This document shows positions 10,108-19,279 of a stretch of 64,000 nucleotides of DNA, one piece after another (the first letter of the stretch is position 1; every line of letters begins with the position of its first letter). The notes below the pieces were generated by a model. That model was not told the DNA's origin. It saw nothing but the letters and a program-made list of their open reading frames with translations, and made no database searches. The position numbers and the translations under genes were made by a program. This DNA is from a virus (taxonomy: Duplodnaviria > Caudoviricetes), in the IMG/VR virus record IMGVR_UViG_3300014208_000023, positions 256,001-320,000 of that record, one strand, 5' to 3'.

Positions 10108-12267
10108 TTACCATCCGTTAGAGACTTTGGCTGTTGAGTTTAGGTTGTTGTCCTGTTCCACTACTATAGCATGACTAAACTTCATTTTCAGTTCATTATT
10201 GTGAGTGATTATTAGTATTTTGTAATCCTTCTGTAACTCCTTGATTGCTTGCTCAAAAGTTTCTAGCGCAGCTTCGTCTAGTGACTGGTCAGCCTCGTCA
10301 ATCAGTATCATCTTCAAATCAATTCCCAGCCTTTTGCTAATGACCGCAGCCAAGCCTAATCGTAGAGCTAGGGACACTAATAGTTTTTGCGCCCCTGAAA
10401 GCTGTGAGAACTCAAGCTCGGTGTTATTTAAGAAATACGTAATCTCTAAAGTATCAGACATTTCGCCGTCACTTCGCTCATTTTCAGTTAAAAACTGAAG
10501 CCTTAATCCTGGTCGAAGTCTATCTAGCATATTATTAGACTCTATTTGATAGTCATCTAAAATGGTGTGAGTTATTAGTGCGGGAATTCCGCTGGGACCA
10601 AAAGCAGTTAATACTTTTTGATGTAAAGCAAATTGATATTCTAATTGCAACAGATCTTTTTGTAGATTTGCAATCTTTTCTTTATCAGAATTTTTCTGTT
10701 GTATTTTATGATTTAATACCGCTTCCTCATTTGATAGGGAAGACAGGTTATCAAAATAATGTTTTCTCTCTTGAGATGCGCTTAATGATTGCGCCTTAAG
10801 ATTTCCAAGATCCTTATTTAGGATATTCTCACGATCTTTTAAAGAGCTTCCGGCATATTTTGCAATAAGGTCTAGCTTAATCCCCTCTTTTGTTTTTAGC
10901 TCTTTTTCTTTAGAAGATTTTAGTCCTTTGAACTCATCAGCCATAGTTGCCGATGACATAGTGTTCTTCTTTTCTTTTTCAAGTTCAAAATCCTTATCTT
11001 TTAGAAGAGAGGCGGATACTCTAGCTGAATCTTGCTCTTTCTCAAGAAATGCTAACTGCTCCCTTAATATTGAGACGGAGGATTTTAGCTTAACAACTCG
11101 CGCGCTGATTTCCTGTTTTTCAGTATCTATAGATGCTTGGCATAAGGCCCTCGCCTTTGGATCTACCGTCTGACGACAATGCTTACATACGGCATCTTCA
11201 GTCAATGGAACACTTAAGTCCTTATATTTTGACGTAAGCTGCTTGAAATCAGATTCCTGCTCCAACATTTTGGAGCGAACGTCATTTATATCATTTTTTA
11301 TTTTCTCATCGCTACGAATCTTAATTGATTTTATGCTTTTGATTTCACCAACAAGAGCCTTAACGCGATCAAAACTAATCTTCTCATTTCGTTCAAGTTC
11401 AGATATTCTTGTAGAATATTTAGAAATTTCAGAATTAAGAGTAAATATCTCCCTATCTACTTCAAGTAGATTCTTATTGGAATCTTTTATTTGATCCGCA
11501 AGATCATTTAGCTCTTTTTGTTTTGTAATTATTTCTGCAGTCAATTCTGACATCTTACATTCAGATGCCAATAATGCTTTTGAAAACTCCTCTTGAGATG
11601 GTTTTATTAACTCAAGTTTGCTAGCCAATTCAATAATATCTTTTTCAGGCTTACCTAGAGTAGCTATAATTGTTTGAGTTTTTTCAACTTCTTTGGTAAG
11701 CTCGGCCACTTTTTTCTTAATAGAGCTTTCATATTTAGAATAAATACCTAGCTGTAGAGCTTCCTTTAGAGCAGTTTTTCTTTCGCGTGGGGTCATGGCA
11801 GCTATGCCTGACATATCTCCCTGCGCAAATAGAACTGAATTTGAAAACGTTCTATAGTTAATTTTGATTAGTTTAACTATTTCTTTGTCAGTTTCGGTTG
11901 GCGTTCTCTGTGTAAGGTCTTCCCATTCACCATTTATTTTTTTAAATAGACGAACTTCGGCTCCGGGCTTTCTGCCTCTAAATCTTATGATCTTATAAAT
12001 CTGGTTATCAAGAGATGATTGAAATTCAAATGCTACCTTGCAAGAATCGGCGTCATGCTTAATAACTTTCTCAAGCGAGCTAGTATCTACCTCATTAAAT
12101 AGAACGTATTTAATTGCAGCAAATATTGTGGATTTTCCAGCTCCATTGGAAAACTTATCGTTTCCATTAATTTTACCAACTATTACTGCCGCTTGGAAAT
12201 CATCAAAATTAATTATGCTTTTGCTATGACAATAAAAATTCTCTATATCTAATTTAAGAGGTAGCAT
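10108..12267 (-). CDS. sbcC: SbcC/Rad50-like SMC ATPase
   Basis: Walker A NGAGKS, coiled coils, zinc hook CKHC, signature LSGAQK, Walker B ILIDEAD, H-loop IITH; start reassigned to MLPLKL. Confidence 0.93.
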   Translation of the reverse strand: MLPLKLDIENFYCHSKSIINFDDFQAAVIVGKINGNDKFSNGAGKSTIFAAIKYVLFNEVDTSSLEKVIKHDADSCKVAFEFQSSLDNQIYKIIRFRGRKPGAEVRLFKKINGEWEDLTQRTPTETDKEIVKLIKINYRTFSNSVLFAQGDMSGIAAMTPRERKTALKEALQLGIYSKYESSIKKKVAELTKEVEKTQTIIATLGKPEKDIIELASKLELIKPSQEEFSKALLASECKMSELTAEIITKQKELNDLADQIKDSNKNLLEVDREIFTLNSEISKYSTRISELERNEKISFDRVKALVGEIKSIKSIKIRSDEKIKNDINDVRSKMLEQESDFKQLTSKYKDLSVPLTEDAVCKHCRQTVDPKARALCQASIDTEKQEISARVVKLKSSVSILREQLAFLEKEQDSARVSASLLKDKDFELEKEKKNTMSSATMADEFKGLKSSKEKELKTKEGIKLDLIAKYAGSSLKDRENILNKDLGNLKAQSLSASQERKHYFDNLSSLSNEEAVLNHKIQQKNSDKEKIANLQKDLLQLEYQFALHQKVLTAFGPSGIPALITHTILDDYQIESNNMLDRLRPGLRLQFLTENERSDGEMSDTLEITYFLNNTELEFSQLSGAQKLLVSLALRLGLAAVISKRLGIDLKMILIDEADQSLDEAALETFEQAIKELQKDYKILIITHNNELKMKFSHAIVVEQDNNLNSTAKVSNGW

Positions 12268-13456
12268 TTGATTCCTTTGCTTCTGCCACAATAGAGTTTG
12301 CTAGTGAAATAAAATCATCTCTATAAGATTCTTCTACGTTTTCGCCGGCATACATTTTAATAGCCGTCATCTCATTAACTGTGTTATCCATATTTTCCAT
12401 ACCAGCGGCTTTCTTTACTTGAACGACTTTTCTTTCTTGGTCAATTCTTGGAATATGGAATGCTCCCATTTGCATTATGGCCTCTTCAACTTTTGACTTA
12501 TTTATGCTTATAAGGTCCGGACTCTCATAGCTAATATGCATTCGGACAATTGCATTTAATAGGTTTTGTTCGCCGTTCTTTAATTGATCAATAACAAAAG
12601 CAGTCGTATCTGTAATACTTGCTGGAACTGACACCGAAATCTGTTTTAGAGGCCGAGTAGGGAGGTCTAGATAGCTAACAATATCTTTTTTTGAGGTGTC
12701 TATAATGGCTATAATTTTCGAATGAGTATTTTCCGAGAAATTGGATAAATCCATACTTCCAATGTGAGAAATAAATGGATCTTTGGACATTATTTGTGGT
12801 TTATGAATGTGTCCCATAAAAGTAAAGTCATAGTCCTTGAATGTTGCTAGTGGTATAAAAAGCTCATTATGCATATCATCAACTTCGTCTCCGACCGGCA
12901 GCGATCCGACAAGCGCAAAATGTCCAACCATAATATTTATGTTTCTATCATCCATACCAAGACGCTCATATCTAATTTTATCTTGAACAATCTTTACCGC
13001 CTCTGAATTGAGATTGGTATTGAATGACCTTCTATCTCTAAATGGCAGTATCGTAAATGATACTCCCGGAAGGTCCAGCGTGGATATATCATTATATATG
13101 AATACGTTTTCAATATCTGCCGCCGAAATTATATCAAAAGCTGACATATTATGTTGTCCGCTTCTAATAATATCGTGATTGCCTTTACATATACAAATAG
13201 AAATATCATTATCAGTACATTTTTTAAGCCACTCAATAAATAAGGCAACTAACGTTGGGCTAGGCCGAGGATCCTCAAACACGTCCCCTGTAGTGATTAT
13301 GTGCGAGGCTTGATGAATTATGGCCTGTTCTAATACCCAATCTAATAAAGCAAACTGGTCTCTAATTCTACTATTAAGAGTTGATCCAACTCCTCCCTTT
13401 CCAAGGGAAACGCCCTTGCCACAATGAATATCTCCAAGAATTATAGCTACTGACAT
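12254..13456 (-). CDS. sbcD: SbcD/Mre11-like nuclease
   Basis: GDIHCG, TGDVFE, GNHD, MVGH, GHIHK motifs; adjacent to sbcC. Confidence 0.93.
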   Translation of the reverse strand: MSVAIILGDIHCGKGVSLGKGGVGSTLNSRIRDQFALLDWVLEQAIIHQASHIITTGDVFEDPRPSPTLVALFIEWLKKCTDNDISICICKGNHDIIRSGQHNMSAFDIISAADIENVFIYNDISTLDLPGVSFTILPFRDRRSFNTNLNSEAVKIVQDKIRYERLGMDDRNINIMVGHFALVGSLPVGDEVDDMHNELFIPLATFKDYDFTFMGHIHKPQIMSKDPFISHIGSMDLSNFSENTHSKIIAIIDTSKKDIVSYLDLPTRPLKQISVSVPASITDTTAFVIDQLKNGEQNLLNAIVRMHISYESPDLISINKSKVEEAIMQMGAFHIPRIDQERKVVQVKKAAGMENMDNTVNEMTAIKMYAGENVEESYRDDFISLANSIVAEAKESNATS

Positions 13457-14073
13457 ACATTCCTATAAGTTTTATTTGTTAAAAGTTTCCAGATTGTTGT
13501 CCTATCAACTTTGTATTTAATTGCTAACTGTGATGTGGTTACATTTTTATTTTTGAATTCTTCCCTAATACAAATAACTTGATCGTCTGTAAATTTAGAT
13601 TGAGCCGACCGAATATTAAACATTCCGTTCTTGGCTCCAAGATTAATGGAGCGATTCCTGTTTGCATTACCAATTTTTGTACGGGCCTCTTCAGAAACTA
13701 AATGCCCTTTTTGCGCTTCTGACATTCGTTTTTTAGTTTCATTTGAAATGAATCTATTCACTGTTCCATTAATAGTTTTATTGTATCCGTATTTGGAATT
13801 TAGAGCGTCGTACTGAATTATAAGATCGTTCTCTAAAAAATTCAACAAATCAGCTGTTGGCGCTTGTGCTATTACGTCAAACAAGAAATTTTGAATGCCA
13901 TATTTATTCATAGAGGCGTATAGATGGTAATTTTTCTTACCATCATTTCTGCTATGGTATTTATGACTATTCCATCTTACCCTGGGGTCATTACTTTGTC
14001 CTATATAATTTTTCCCATTAATAATATTGGTTATTTTATACACACAAAAATATCCATCAGGCACTACGGACAT
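13447..14073 (-). mobile_element. GIY-YIG homing endonuclease with NUMOD3-like repeats and C-terminal HTH
   Basis: CVYKITNIINGKNYIG; SNETKKRMSEAQKG and SEEARTKIGNA repeats. Confidence 0.88.
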
Positions 14074-14744
14074 TCGTACTTTCCTATTCTTTTTTCTAAT
14101 TCACTTATTACGTGATTGATTCCGCTAACATCAATTACTCTTTCTCGCTCACGCTTGCCTTTGCCTCTCATTGCGGAGTCAAATGCCCTAGTGATTACAT
14201 CTGCAAATAATATTGCTTCGGATGTATTGTGCTCTTTAAGAAAATTTCTAATAAGTGCCGAGAACTTTAGAAAAAGGTCCTCTTTCTCTTTAGATCTAAA
14301 TCCTAAAGCTTCATTATCCTCGTCACTTTCGAAGTTATCTAGTAACTTTTCGGCAGCATCTGTTTTAGATATGCCTTCTAAGGCTGCAACAAAATTAACT
14401 GGTCCGCCAGAATTTTTGCAACCAAAACAATGAAAACTGTTGGTGCCATGAAAATACTGAAATGATGGGCTACTGTCATTGTGAAACTTAAATGGGCAGC
14501 GTATTTTAGTATTATATTCGTCAATATCTATTCCATAGTGTTTGCATACGTGCGCAAACTTAACGGTATTGGCCTGCTTAATGCTTATATTTTCTACTTG
14601 AAAATCTTTCTCTAGATCGCAATCACTCCAACTAACTGGTCCAGTTAGGAAACTTTGTGATCTAACACCATCTCTAGGGCTTCTATTTTTGATTGGTGCC
14701 TTAAAATTACTAAAGGATCTGCTTTGACTTTGAAGTATTGACAT
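14064..14744 (-). CDS. Stand-alone CHC2 zinc-finger (DnaG primase N-terminal-like) protein
   Basis: CPFKFHNDSSPSF...FHCFGC...GGPVNFV; no TOPRIM domain; true start uncertain. Confidence 0.8.
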   Translation of the reverse strand: MSILQSQSRSFSNFKAPIKNRSPRDGVRSQSFLTGPVSWSDCDLEKDFQVENISIKQANTVKFAHVCKHYGIDIDEYNTKIRCPFKFHNDSSPSFQYFHGTNSFHCFGCKNSGGPVNFVAALEGISKTDAAEKLLDNFESDEDNEALGFRSKEKEDLFLKFSALIRNFLKEHNTSEAILFADVITRAFDSAMRGKGKRERERVIDVSGINHVISELEKRIGKYECP

Positions 14745-14815
14745 AATTGTAGATATGAACTATATTTGTTCTGCTCATCTGCTATTAAATCTAGCAAATC
14801 TTCTTTTGAGATCAT
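14645..14815 (-). CDS. Unannotated 56-aa protein (MISKEDLLDLIADEQ...HKVS)
   Basis: ATG 14815 overlaps the TGA of the upstream gene (ATGA); helical protein-like composition. Confidence 0.6.
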   Translation of the reverse strand: MISKEDLLDLIADEQNKYSSYLQLCQYFKVKADPLVILRHQSKIEALEMVLDHKVS

Positions 14816-15249
14816 GATTCGCCGTGTTTAATTTGCAACTCAAGAACTTTTTTCTCTAATTGCTCAATGCGAAATTTCTGCTGATTAACAATATCTTTAT
14901 GCAAAATCATCATTTTCATAATGAGCTGTGCTAAGGCTATGCTTCCCGCTCCCTCTGGCTGCGAATCATCAGCATTAATGTCGGAAGCTAATTGAGATAG
15001 CTGCATTAATGTTTCAGACTCTAGGTCTTTAATTAGAGCGTTTTTATTTTCAGGAAGAATAGAGCTTTCCATTATTCCCTTGAATTTTACTCCAAGATCC
15101 CATGAGCGCTTTTTGTATTCAGTTAATCTGCCTGCCGCCTCTTCAGCTACCGCTTTGAAGGCAGCGGCAGTCGAGCTAGCTGGAGCGGCTACCGTGGATT
15201 TGTCATTATTGATTTTTAGACCTTTGGGGCCTTTTGGCTCATTAGACAT
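14812..15249 (-). CDS. Hypothetical protein
   Basis: 145-aa helical ORF in operon. Confidence 0.75.
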   Translation of the reverse strand: MSNEPKGPKGLKINNDKSTVAAPASSTAAAFKAVAEEAAGRLTEYKKRSWDLGVKFKGIMESSILPENKNALIKDLESETLMQLSQLASDINADDSQPEGAGSIALAQLIMKMMILHKDIVNQQKFRIEQLEKKVLELQIKHGES

Positions 15250-15251
15250 AA

Positions 15252-15713
15252 TTATTTCTTCTGTGAAACCACTAGATAATCGCCAACTACTTCAAAATCA
15301 AAATCTGGAACCGCAGCTTCTAGGGCAGGAATTACTGAAGAAACTTTATATTTCATCATGCATCTAGTTGGATCCGCATTAATAGTTGTGCAATATTTCT
15401 CAACCGTCTGACCGACTAGGCCAAATAAACCAAGCTCTCTTCCCCTAATTGAGTTCCAAATTTTTTCTGACATTGGAAGTTCTGGAGCCTTCACCGGAAG
15501 GACTTTCGCCTGCTGCTCTTTAATTGCAGGTTTTGCGGCAGCTTTGGCATGTTTTACGGCAGGTTTGGCTGGCTGAACTGGCTTAATGTCTGCGGTTAGA
15601 TCCTTGGCTGCCGAAACCTTATCTAGCCCAGATACTGTCTTAAGTGGCTTGGATTTTGGTTTTGCGACTACGGCCTGCTCTACTTGATTAGTTTCTTCGT
15701 TTTTCATTTGCAT
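15252..15713 (-). CDS. Hypothetical protein with A/K/P-rich N-terminal linker
   Basis: AGGAG SD before ATG 15713 removes the overlap with the upstream gene. Confidence 0.75.
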   Translation of the reverse strand: MQMKNEETNQVEQAVVAKPKSKPLKTVSGLDKVSAAKDLTADIKPVQPAKPAVKHAKAAAKPAIKEQQAKVLPVKAPELPMSEKIWNSIRGRELGLFGLVGQTVEKYCTTINADPTRCMMKYKVSSVIPALEAAVPDFDFEVVGDYLVVSQKK

Positions 15714-15738
15714 AATTCTCCTAAAGTTAATATAACGA

Positions 15739-15948
15739 CTAGTTACCAGAATTCTTTTTTGTTTCGTCCATAATATTTTGCTGGACAAGCTCGGTCAGCT
15801 TACTTACTATTTTTTTTGTTTCAGTGGCGATGTCGATGTTATTAATTAGTCCCTTTGCCACAATAGCGTTTTCTAGGGCAGTTACCTTTATGAGTAATTC
15901 TGAAATAAGAATTGTCTGCTCATCACGTATTTCATTTTTGTTTGACAT
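15739..15948 (-). CDS. Hypothetical protein
   Basis: 69-aa ORF directly after def. Confidence 0.7.
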   Translation of the reverse strand: MSNKNEIRDEQTILISELLIKVTALENAIVAKGLINNIDIATETKKIVSKLTELVQQNIMDETKKNSGN

Positions 15949-16467
15949 TTATACCTTAAGATAACAACATTTTTTGAATTTTTTATTAGAGCCACACTGA
16001 CAAGCTTCATTTGGCTTTTGTTTAATTATTTCAACAATATGTTTGTCTGGAAGCAATATTCCATTCAAATGGTCTAGTTCGTGCTGACAACAAACCGCGA
16101 ACAATCCTGTGGCGATGAAGCTATGTGGATAAACCAAATTATCTACCACATGAATTTCATTAAAACGTTTGGTGTCTTCACGCAAATCTGGAAAGGACAA
16201 GCAGCCTTCTCCTTCAAAAAGGAACTCATCAAATGATTTTTCAATACGACAATTTACCAGATTGACGCTATGCCTGTCGCTAATTCTAATAATTGCTATA
16301 TTTTTAGCAATTCCTATTTGTGGAGCGGCTAAACCAATTCCTGGTCTGCCGGTTATCGCGGAATTTGATAACTCTTTTTCTAGAAGAGCAACTAGCTCAC
16401 CTACTTCGCTAGCAAGAACCGGCTCGCATTTAACCCTTAAGGCTTCCTCGTTATTGGTAATAATCAT
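15949..16467 (-). CDS. def: Peptide deformylase with C-terminal SEC-C zinc motif
   Basis: GIGLAAPQIG, EGCLS, QHELDH all intact; C-terminal NEACQCGSNKKFKKCC. Confidence 0.93.
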   Translation of the reverse strand: MIITNNEEALRVKCEPVLASEVGELVALLEKELSNSAITGRPGIGLAAPQIGIAKNIAIIRISDRHSVNLVNCRIEKSFDEFLFEGEGCLSFPDLREDTKRFNEIHVVDNLVYPHSFIATGLFAVCCQHELDHLNGILLPDKHIVEIIKQKPNEACQCGSNKKFKKCCYLKV

Positions 16468-16481
16468 TTCGTCTTACGGAG

Positions 16482-16490
16482 ACTATATCA
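16482..16490 (-). promoter_or_regulatory. TGATATAGT promoter-like (extended -10-like) motif
   Basis: Intergenic, 14 nt upstream of def ATG. Confidence 0.45.
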
Positions 16491-16512
16491 TAAGATCCGC
16501 GCTTCTCGACAA

Positions 16513-16719
16513 TTATTTTGATTTGCCGCAGCCACAACCTTTTGGCTTAACGTCCGACAATACTACAAATCTCTTTAGACATATAGAGCACATTCTTGAT
16601 TGGGTAGAGCACATCTCGCAAATACAAGAAAGATTATTGGCTATTAATCCCTGACACCGAACACATATTCTATTATTCGTCTCAATGATTGCTAGTGTAG
16701 AACATTTTTCACAAAACAT
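16513..16719 (-). CDS. Cys-rich zinc-binding mini-protein, CRIPT-like spacing
   Basis: MFCEKC...CVRC-x11-CEMC-x6-CSIC; AGGA SD. Confidence 0.7.
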   Translation of the reverse strand: MFCEKCSTLAIIETNNRICVRCQGLIANNLSCICEMCSTQSRMCSICLKRFVVLSDVKPKGCGCGKSK

Positions 16720-16745
16720 AATTCATTCCTATAATATACGGTTTA

Positions 16746-16786
16746 ATTAAACAAAAGGGGCGTATGAAGTAAATCATACGCCCCTT
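16746..16786 (-). terminator. Rho-independent terminator
   Basis: Perfect 13-bp stem AAGGGGCGTATGA/TCATACGCCCCTT (16755-16786) with 6-nt loop, followed on the minus strand by TTGTTT. Confidence 0.85.
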
Positions 16787-16807
16787 AACTAACACTTACA
16801 TTAATTA

Positions 16808-16909
16808 CTAGCTCTTTGTTTTCTTAGCCTTTTTCTTTGCTTTCGTGCTCTTCTTTGAGCTGGAGCTACTGACGGTTTTAGTTGCTTTTTTTGAATTACC
16901 TTTTTTCAT
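16808..16909 (-). CDS. Unannotated 33-aa highly basic peptide MKKGNSKKATKTVSSSSSKKSTKAKKKAKKTKS
   Basis: Perfect SD AGGAGGT 4 nt before ATG; own terminator downstream; 14 Lys and no acidic residues. Confidence 0.8.
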   Translation of the reverse strand: MKKGNSKKATKTVSSSSSKKSTKAKKKAKKTKS

Positions 16910-16913
16910 ATAC

Positions 16914-16987
16914 ACCTCCTTTTTCGGATTTTTTTTACGGAGAGAATCAGATAAACTCTCCTATTCATATACCGAAGTATAGGAAGT
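16914..16987 (-). promoter_or_regulatory. Structured 5' leader with anti-SD and c(UUCG)g hairpin
   Basis: ACUUCCU-AUAC-UUCGG can pair with CCGAA-AA-AGGAGGU; alternative UAUAC-UUCG-GUAUA hairpin; internal GGAGAG/CUCUCC hairpin. Confidence 0.5.
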
Positions 16988-16988
16988 T

Positions 16989-17495
16989 CTAGTCAATATT
17001 CGTAAATAAATTCCAACTTGAGTGCCAATCTTCTTGCTGGGGAGACACTACTAGATAGCCGGCTGGAGTTTCTGGTTGTTTAACCAACCTCATTCCAATT
17101 TCATTGGGAAGTCTTGATCCCTTTTTCTCATTACAATCGTGACAAGCCGCAACACAATTTTCAAACGTATTGCTTCCTCCGCGACTTTTTGGAATAATAT
17201 GATCTATTGTGACCTGGGAGGACGTTAAACTTTTTCTGCAATACTGGCACCCATAGTTATCTCTCTTGAAAACTGCGCTGCGAGAGAAAACCATTTTAAT
17301 GAAATTACGAACAATTTTATTTTTGAGCTTCAATACGGCAGGAAGCTCAATAAATCCAGAAGAATGGAAGTATTTTACATCAGCCCATAATGATATTACA
17401 TCAACCTTGTCTTCTTTTAACAAAAGTTTTATTGCTCTTTTGTCTGGTATAAAAGCTAGCGGCTGATAGTCGCCATTAAGCAACAGCGTCTTCAT
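16989..17495 (-). CDS. HNH endonuclease (McrA-like)
   Basis: LLLNGDYQPL N-terminus; VFKRDNYGCQYC...TIDHIIPKSRGG...NCVAACHDCNEKKG. Confidence 0.92.
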   Translation of the reverse strand: MKTLLLNGDYQPLAFIPDKRAIKLLLKEDKVDVISLWADVKYFHSSGFIELPAVLKLKNKIVRNFIKMVFSRSAVFKRDNYGCQYCRKSLTSSQVTIDHIIPKSRGGSNTFENCVAACHDCNEKKGSRLPNEIGMRLVKQPETPAGYLVVSPQQEDWHSSWNLFTNID

Positions 17496-18201
17496 TTACA
17501 ACTTCCATTAATTTCTGAAGCGAATCTCTAACGTCTTCTCCGTCGCATACTTCATTACCGATTGTGGTCCATCCTACTAGCGATCTCCGAGCAAATATCT
17601 CAAGTTTTTTGCAACGTGGGAACATCAAATCTAAAGAGTTTTGTAAATGACCTGGCTTAGCTGAATGTTTCATGTTCTGTCCGAATGAGACGGACCTCTG
17701 CGATTTGTTATTTAATAATTTATATATTTTCGTGCTATTGATGCCAATTAAACAAATTTCGTGCGTTTGTCTAAATAGCCTACCCATTCCAAATCCCAAA
17801 ATTGACTCGTCCAACACGAATTCAAAATCTTTAAATGTTATTGGCTTACCATTTAACTTAACGGCTTTTCTTTGAACTTTTTTAACTAAACCAATTAATT
17901 CTTTTCGAATCACATTAGTGATATTTTCTTTTTTCTTTGACTTTGCCCAAATATAGGTTTGACGCTGCTCAAACCCCCAAGCCTCCATTACGTCTAGCCC
18001 TTCTTGAAGTAAAGAGCTTGGAACCCAAAGTGCCAGAATACATCCATTAGGATCTGCAACCTCTGATACTTTTAGTTTTTTTATTTCTTCAATATCTAGT
18101 GTTGGATAGTTGGCGTCAGCACCTCTTGGTACGCTTGACATTTCAAGCTTATCAGAAAATAACCAAGGCGGATCTGCAACTATTACTTGAAATTTACTCA
18201 T
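17476..18201 (-). CDS. MT-A70 family N6-adenine methyltransferase
   Basis: FQVIVADPPW, LALWV, WGF, GxG..FRQTHEICL, HSAKP, KLEIFAR; basic insertion. Confidence 0.9.
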   Translation of the reverse strand: MSKFQVIVADPPWLFSDKLEMSSVPRGADANYPTLDIEEIKKLKVSEVADPNGCILALWVPSSLLQEGLDVMEAWGFEQRQTYIWAKSKKKENITNVIRKELIGLVKKVQRKAVKLNGKPITFKDFEFVLDESILGFGMGRLFRQTHEICLIGINSTKIYKLLNNKSQRSVSFGQNMKHSAKPGHLQNSLDLMFPRCKKLEIFARRSLVGWTTIGNEVCDGEDVRDSLQKLMEVVNEDAVA

Positions 18202-18208
18202 TACTATC

Positions 18209-18568
18209 TTATATAACCGGTTTCTCCGTATCTTTGATTTGTTCGAGCACATTTTCGATTGCGAAGATTTTAATTTTTCTTCCGTTGCTTCTTCGCTCTT
18301 CCATTAAATTTCTGTATTTCTTATTGATCTTGAATATTTTAGTCAGGTCTGAAATTTTGAAATTACTTCTAAACGAGCCAATCCATCTATCCATACTTTC
18401 CGGTAATTTCGGAAGACCATCTATTTCAGATGAAAGTACCGCTATCTCTGCATCTATTCTTTTTTGGTTCTCGTAAAGTTCTTGTAGATATAGATATTTC
18501 TTGTAGTCTGGAGATTCCACATCATCAGCAGAGGTTTCGATTGTCTGGGCGTCGATATAACCATCCAT
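18209..18568 (-). CDS. Hypothetical protein
   Basis: 119-aa ORF in operon. Confidence 0.7.
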   Translation of the reverse strand: MDGYIDAQTIETSADDVESPDYKKYLYLQELYENQKRIDAEIAVLSSEIDGLPKLPESMDRWIGSFRSNFKISDLTKIFKINKKYRNLMEERRSNGRKIKIFAIENVLEQIKDTEKPVI

Positions 18569-18576
18569 TAAATAAC

Positions 18577-19278
18577 CTACTCTCTATTAACTATTAGCGT
18601 TGGAAGAATTATCGTGCTATTAGAATTGCCTACCGTAATGTTTTGTTCGCCTTCTATTTTTTTCTGCAGCGCGGTATCCATCTTGGAAACTTTTACCGTA
18701 TATTTTCCTGGAGGCAGTTGAGCTTGCCATTTACCCATCGGATTAGTTCTTGTTTTTAGAACTGGTGACCCATCGCTAGAAAACAAATTAATTTCTGCCA
18801 TGAATAAATCTTTATTGCTATTATCCTGCACTCTTTGTGAGACTGGAACTTTCTTTTCTGATTTAACTGGCTCAGCGACTTTTGGCTTGAATTCTTCTGG
18901 TGCTGATTTTTTTCTACTAGCCATATAGTCTTTAAACTCTATATCAGCATTTGAAGCTTTCGTGCTGGGCGCATTGGCCGGCCTATTTATTCTTCTTTGT
19001 CCCTTAAATTCTCTCTCTACTTCAATTGGAAAACCAGGATCGATCGCAATAGCTTCTGATGGTTGCTCAGGCGTAAAAAACTTGCTCTTAATTGAGGCGC
19101 GCAATTCTGTAGGCATTTGTTGTACATCAATAAGTGCCTCTAATATTGCATTTGTTTTATTACAATTGCCAAGTATCATTTTCAATATTGAGTCTTGAAG
19201 ATTAACTATTCCTTTTAATGAGCGAATTTCTGTTTCAAGAGCTAAAAGAATATCTGAAGCTTTTCTCGGTTCTGTCAT
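18577..19278 (-). CDS. Hypothetical protein: N-terminal coiled coil, C-terminal carboxypeptidase-regulatory/prealbumin-like beta domain
   Basis: TRTNPMGKWQAQLPPGKYTVKVSK matches the TD..G.....L.PG.Y.V pattern. Confidence 0.65.
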   Translation of the reverse strand: MTEPRKASDILLALETEIRSLKGIVNLQDSILKMILGNCNKTNAILEALIDVQQMPTELRASIKSKFFTPEQPSEAIAIDPGFPIEVEREFKGQRRINRPANAPSTKASNADIEFKDYMASRKKSAPEEFKPKVAEPVKSEKKVPVSQRVQDNSNKDLFMAEINLFSSDGSPVLKTRTNPMGKWQAQLPPGKYTVKVSKMDTALQKKIEGEQNITVGNSNSTIILPTLIVNRE

Positions 19279-19279
19279 C

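Noticed and set aside
16954-16989. Resemblance to a yeast FRT site (CCTATTC-N10-GTATAGGAAGTTC)
   Set aside because: The spacer is 10 rather than 8 nt, the left arm matches poorly and there is no Flp-like recombinase or vector sequence; the symmetry is explained by the RNA leader structure.
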